Both the position numbers and the translations under genes were made by a program. The notes beneath the pieces were generated by a model. The model was not told the DNA's origin and searched no databases. It saw only the letters and a list, made by a program, of their open reading frames with translations. A DNA stretch of 64,000 nucleotides from positions 124,001 through 188,000 of the forward strand of contig NW_025767277.1 of NCBI RefSeq assembly GCF_003918875.1, written 5' to 3'. Position 1 is the stretch's first letter, and each line of letters starts with the position of its first letter. Source of the stretch: Haliotis rubra (taxonomy: Eukaryota). This document shows positions 62,039 through 64,000 of this stretch, in pieces.

Positions 62039-63303
62039 TACTGAGTCAAAAAGAAACTTCACAAAATGTAATTTGAAAAATAATGAATAATTTTTCTCTG
62101 ATGATACATCTATGTGTCTGAAATGGAATCCCTATCTTTCGACTCTAGAAAAACGTTAGCAAAACCCACTCAAACCCATCCATTCGTCGTGCAAATGACA
62201 TTAGTGCCAAATCAGGTTTTGCACGTGCAGTCGATCACGTAATCTTCGCATCGAAGTTTTCTTTATATGCACGTGTTTGCATTGGCCATTTCTAACGGTA
62301 CTTGAAATGCCACGATTGTCAAATGTGCAACGTGAACGTGCCGTTGGCATGTTGCAAGCGGGAAGATCAGTTACTGACGTCGCAAGAGCAATGGGATGCA
62401 GCCGTCGTACTGTGTATGACTTGCGACGTCGTCTACAATAAACTGGCACCACCTCTGATCGCCCAAGGTCGGGTCGTCGACGTGTGACGTCACGAGCAGA
62501 AGACCATCAAATCGTCCTACGTCACCTACGTGACAGATTTCTGCCGGCTACACGAACCAGGGCTGAGATGTTTACAGGTCGACTGTCCTCACAGACCATT
62601 CGAAATCGGTTGCGGGCTGCCAATCTCCATTCTCGACATCCATATCGTGGGCCAATATTGACGCCGTTTCATCAACGTCAACGTCTGCTGTGGGCCCAAC
62701 GTCACCTCAGATGGACCCAGAGAGACTGGAATCGAGTCGTCTTTAGCGATGAATCCAGGTTTACCCTCAGATTCGCGGACGGCAGGCATAGAGTCTGGAG
62801 ACGACGTCGTGAACGGTAAGCCCAATGTTGTGTACAAGAAGTCGAGAGATTCCGGGGCGGAAGTTGCATGGTGTGAGGTGCTTTCTGTGAGAACAACCGT
62901 TCTCGACTTCTGGTCATCCGTGGAAACCTCACAGCTGCTGCTTACCGTGACCAGGTGCTCACCCCTGAACTCGTTCCTTTCATGGCCGCTCAAGGCCCAG
63001 GTCTACAGTTCCAGCATGATAATGCTCGGCTGCATACCGCGATGTTGACACGAAATTTCCTTCAAAACGCTGGAATCAATGTCATGGACTGGCCATCGAG
63101 GTACCCTGACCTTAAACCAATAGAGCACGTTTGATATGCACTTGGGAGAAGGGCTTCGTGGTCTTAGGAACCAACCTCAGAATTTGCAGGAACTTGGCGC
63201 TGCCTTGCAAGAGCAATGGTGCAGAATCCCCAACCACGTGTTCACAAGCATCAGGCAGTCGATGAGGAGACGGTGTTTGGCAGTGGTGAATGCGCGGGGC
63301 GGG
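62039..63303 (+). mobile_element. Tc1 (DD34E) transposon with pseudogenised transposase 62307-63303; right TIR lost
   Basis: Left end TA|TACTGAGTCAAAAAGAAAC; MPRLS...RERAVGM, VVFSDESRF, FQHDNAR and WPSRYPDLKPIEH motifs; several stops and a frameshift. Confidence 0.92.
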
Positions 63304-64000
63304 GGTGGTGGTGGATGGTGGGAGCATAATCATTTCCTTTTTAAATCTGGGCACCCAGAGACGGGTACAGTCTTTGGCATTATATCTGGACATGGAAATT
63401 ACTAGCCAAAATGCACTTTGCTCGATGTGTTAGTTTATATGTGGGATGACTTGGCCAAAGTGTCCTTTGTCCAGTGTACTGCTGATCAGGGGCTATTGTT
63501 TGATCCCTTGTCCAGTACTATATTTAGGGGACAGCATGTGTGCCTGATTAGCGTGGGACGGCTGCTCATCTCTTAGTGACCTCCTTCCCGCTGTCACTAT
63601 TATGAGTATTGCCCAGAGACAATGGCATCTCACTGACCAGTGATAGTGTTCAATTTCTTAATTTGCTTAATGAGAGGGGGCCACTGGGCTTCTGATATTC
63701 TACCCTGGATACATGCTTTGATGTTGTTGTTTTTTTAGCGGACATCCAGTGCGCATATCCGCTCACAATGCCGGATGTTTACGTAGTCTCTGTGCTGTAG
63801 TCGGTAGGGCTCTTCACGTGTGTTACTACATTCTTTGAGAGTTTGACTTTTGTTTACTTTGAGGATTGGACTGCCCCAACTCTTATCGGGCGTTTGAGAG
63901 TATAAATGTATAGTTATCAGCAGCTAATGCGGGTTGTAACTATGACACTGAACTCAGTCTGCTTCCCAGTTCGGCGAAATCTATGGCAATGTTTACACAC

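Larger units (their letters stand above)
57231..63711 (-). mobile_element. Composite LTR retrotransposon locus (outer element)
   Basis: Near-identical direct repeats 57509-57842 and 63378-63711. The 3' LTR 57231-57842 has minus-strand TATA (about 57395) and AATAAA (about 57317), with a PPT-like GGGGAAG next to it. CATG at 57227-57230 and 63712-63715. Confidence 0.85.

Noticed and set aside
61816-62049. N-terminal 78 aa of the listed 329-aa gag ORF
   Set aside because: It runs through the inner LTR-like repeat into the Tc1 end from a non-ATG start; the real gag start is more likely 61815.

Overview
Eukaryotic, intron-rich, repeat-dense genomic DNA. It is most likely from a mollusc (gastropod, abalone-like), inferred only from the SINE repertoire. 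No prokaryotic features, rRNA, bona fide tRNA or CRISPR were found. Two spliced genes can be reconstructed with consistent GT-AG phases. On the + strand is a 3-exon GT14 core-2/I-branching beta-1,6-GlcNAc transferase (GCNT-like, 433 aa, 15610-23807). On the - strand, convergent with it, is a 10-exon HSF2BP/MEILB2 meiotic BRCA2-partner gene (about 374 aa, 41331-32390). Upstream of HSF2BP on the - strand lie exons of an Ig I-set repeat gene (one exon frameshifted, partly duplicated) and a 21-bp minisatellite that reads as LNEPIDG repeats. The right end (57231-63711) is a composite LTR retroelement locus. It holds a pol-deleted Ty3/gypsy derivative with gag and an F-type env (signal peptide, furin site, fusion peptide, splice acceptor), two distinct nested LTR-like pairs, and a decayed Tc1 transposon. 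The rest is tRNA-derived SINEs of several families, MITEs (Tc1/pogo-, hAT-, PIF- and CACTG-like), a solo LTR, a 3' LINE fragment, a Penelope-like palindrome and many mini- and microsatellites. Most ORFs in the supplied track are repeat-derived or antisense artefacts.
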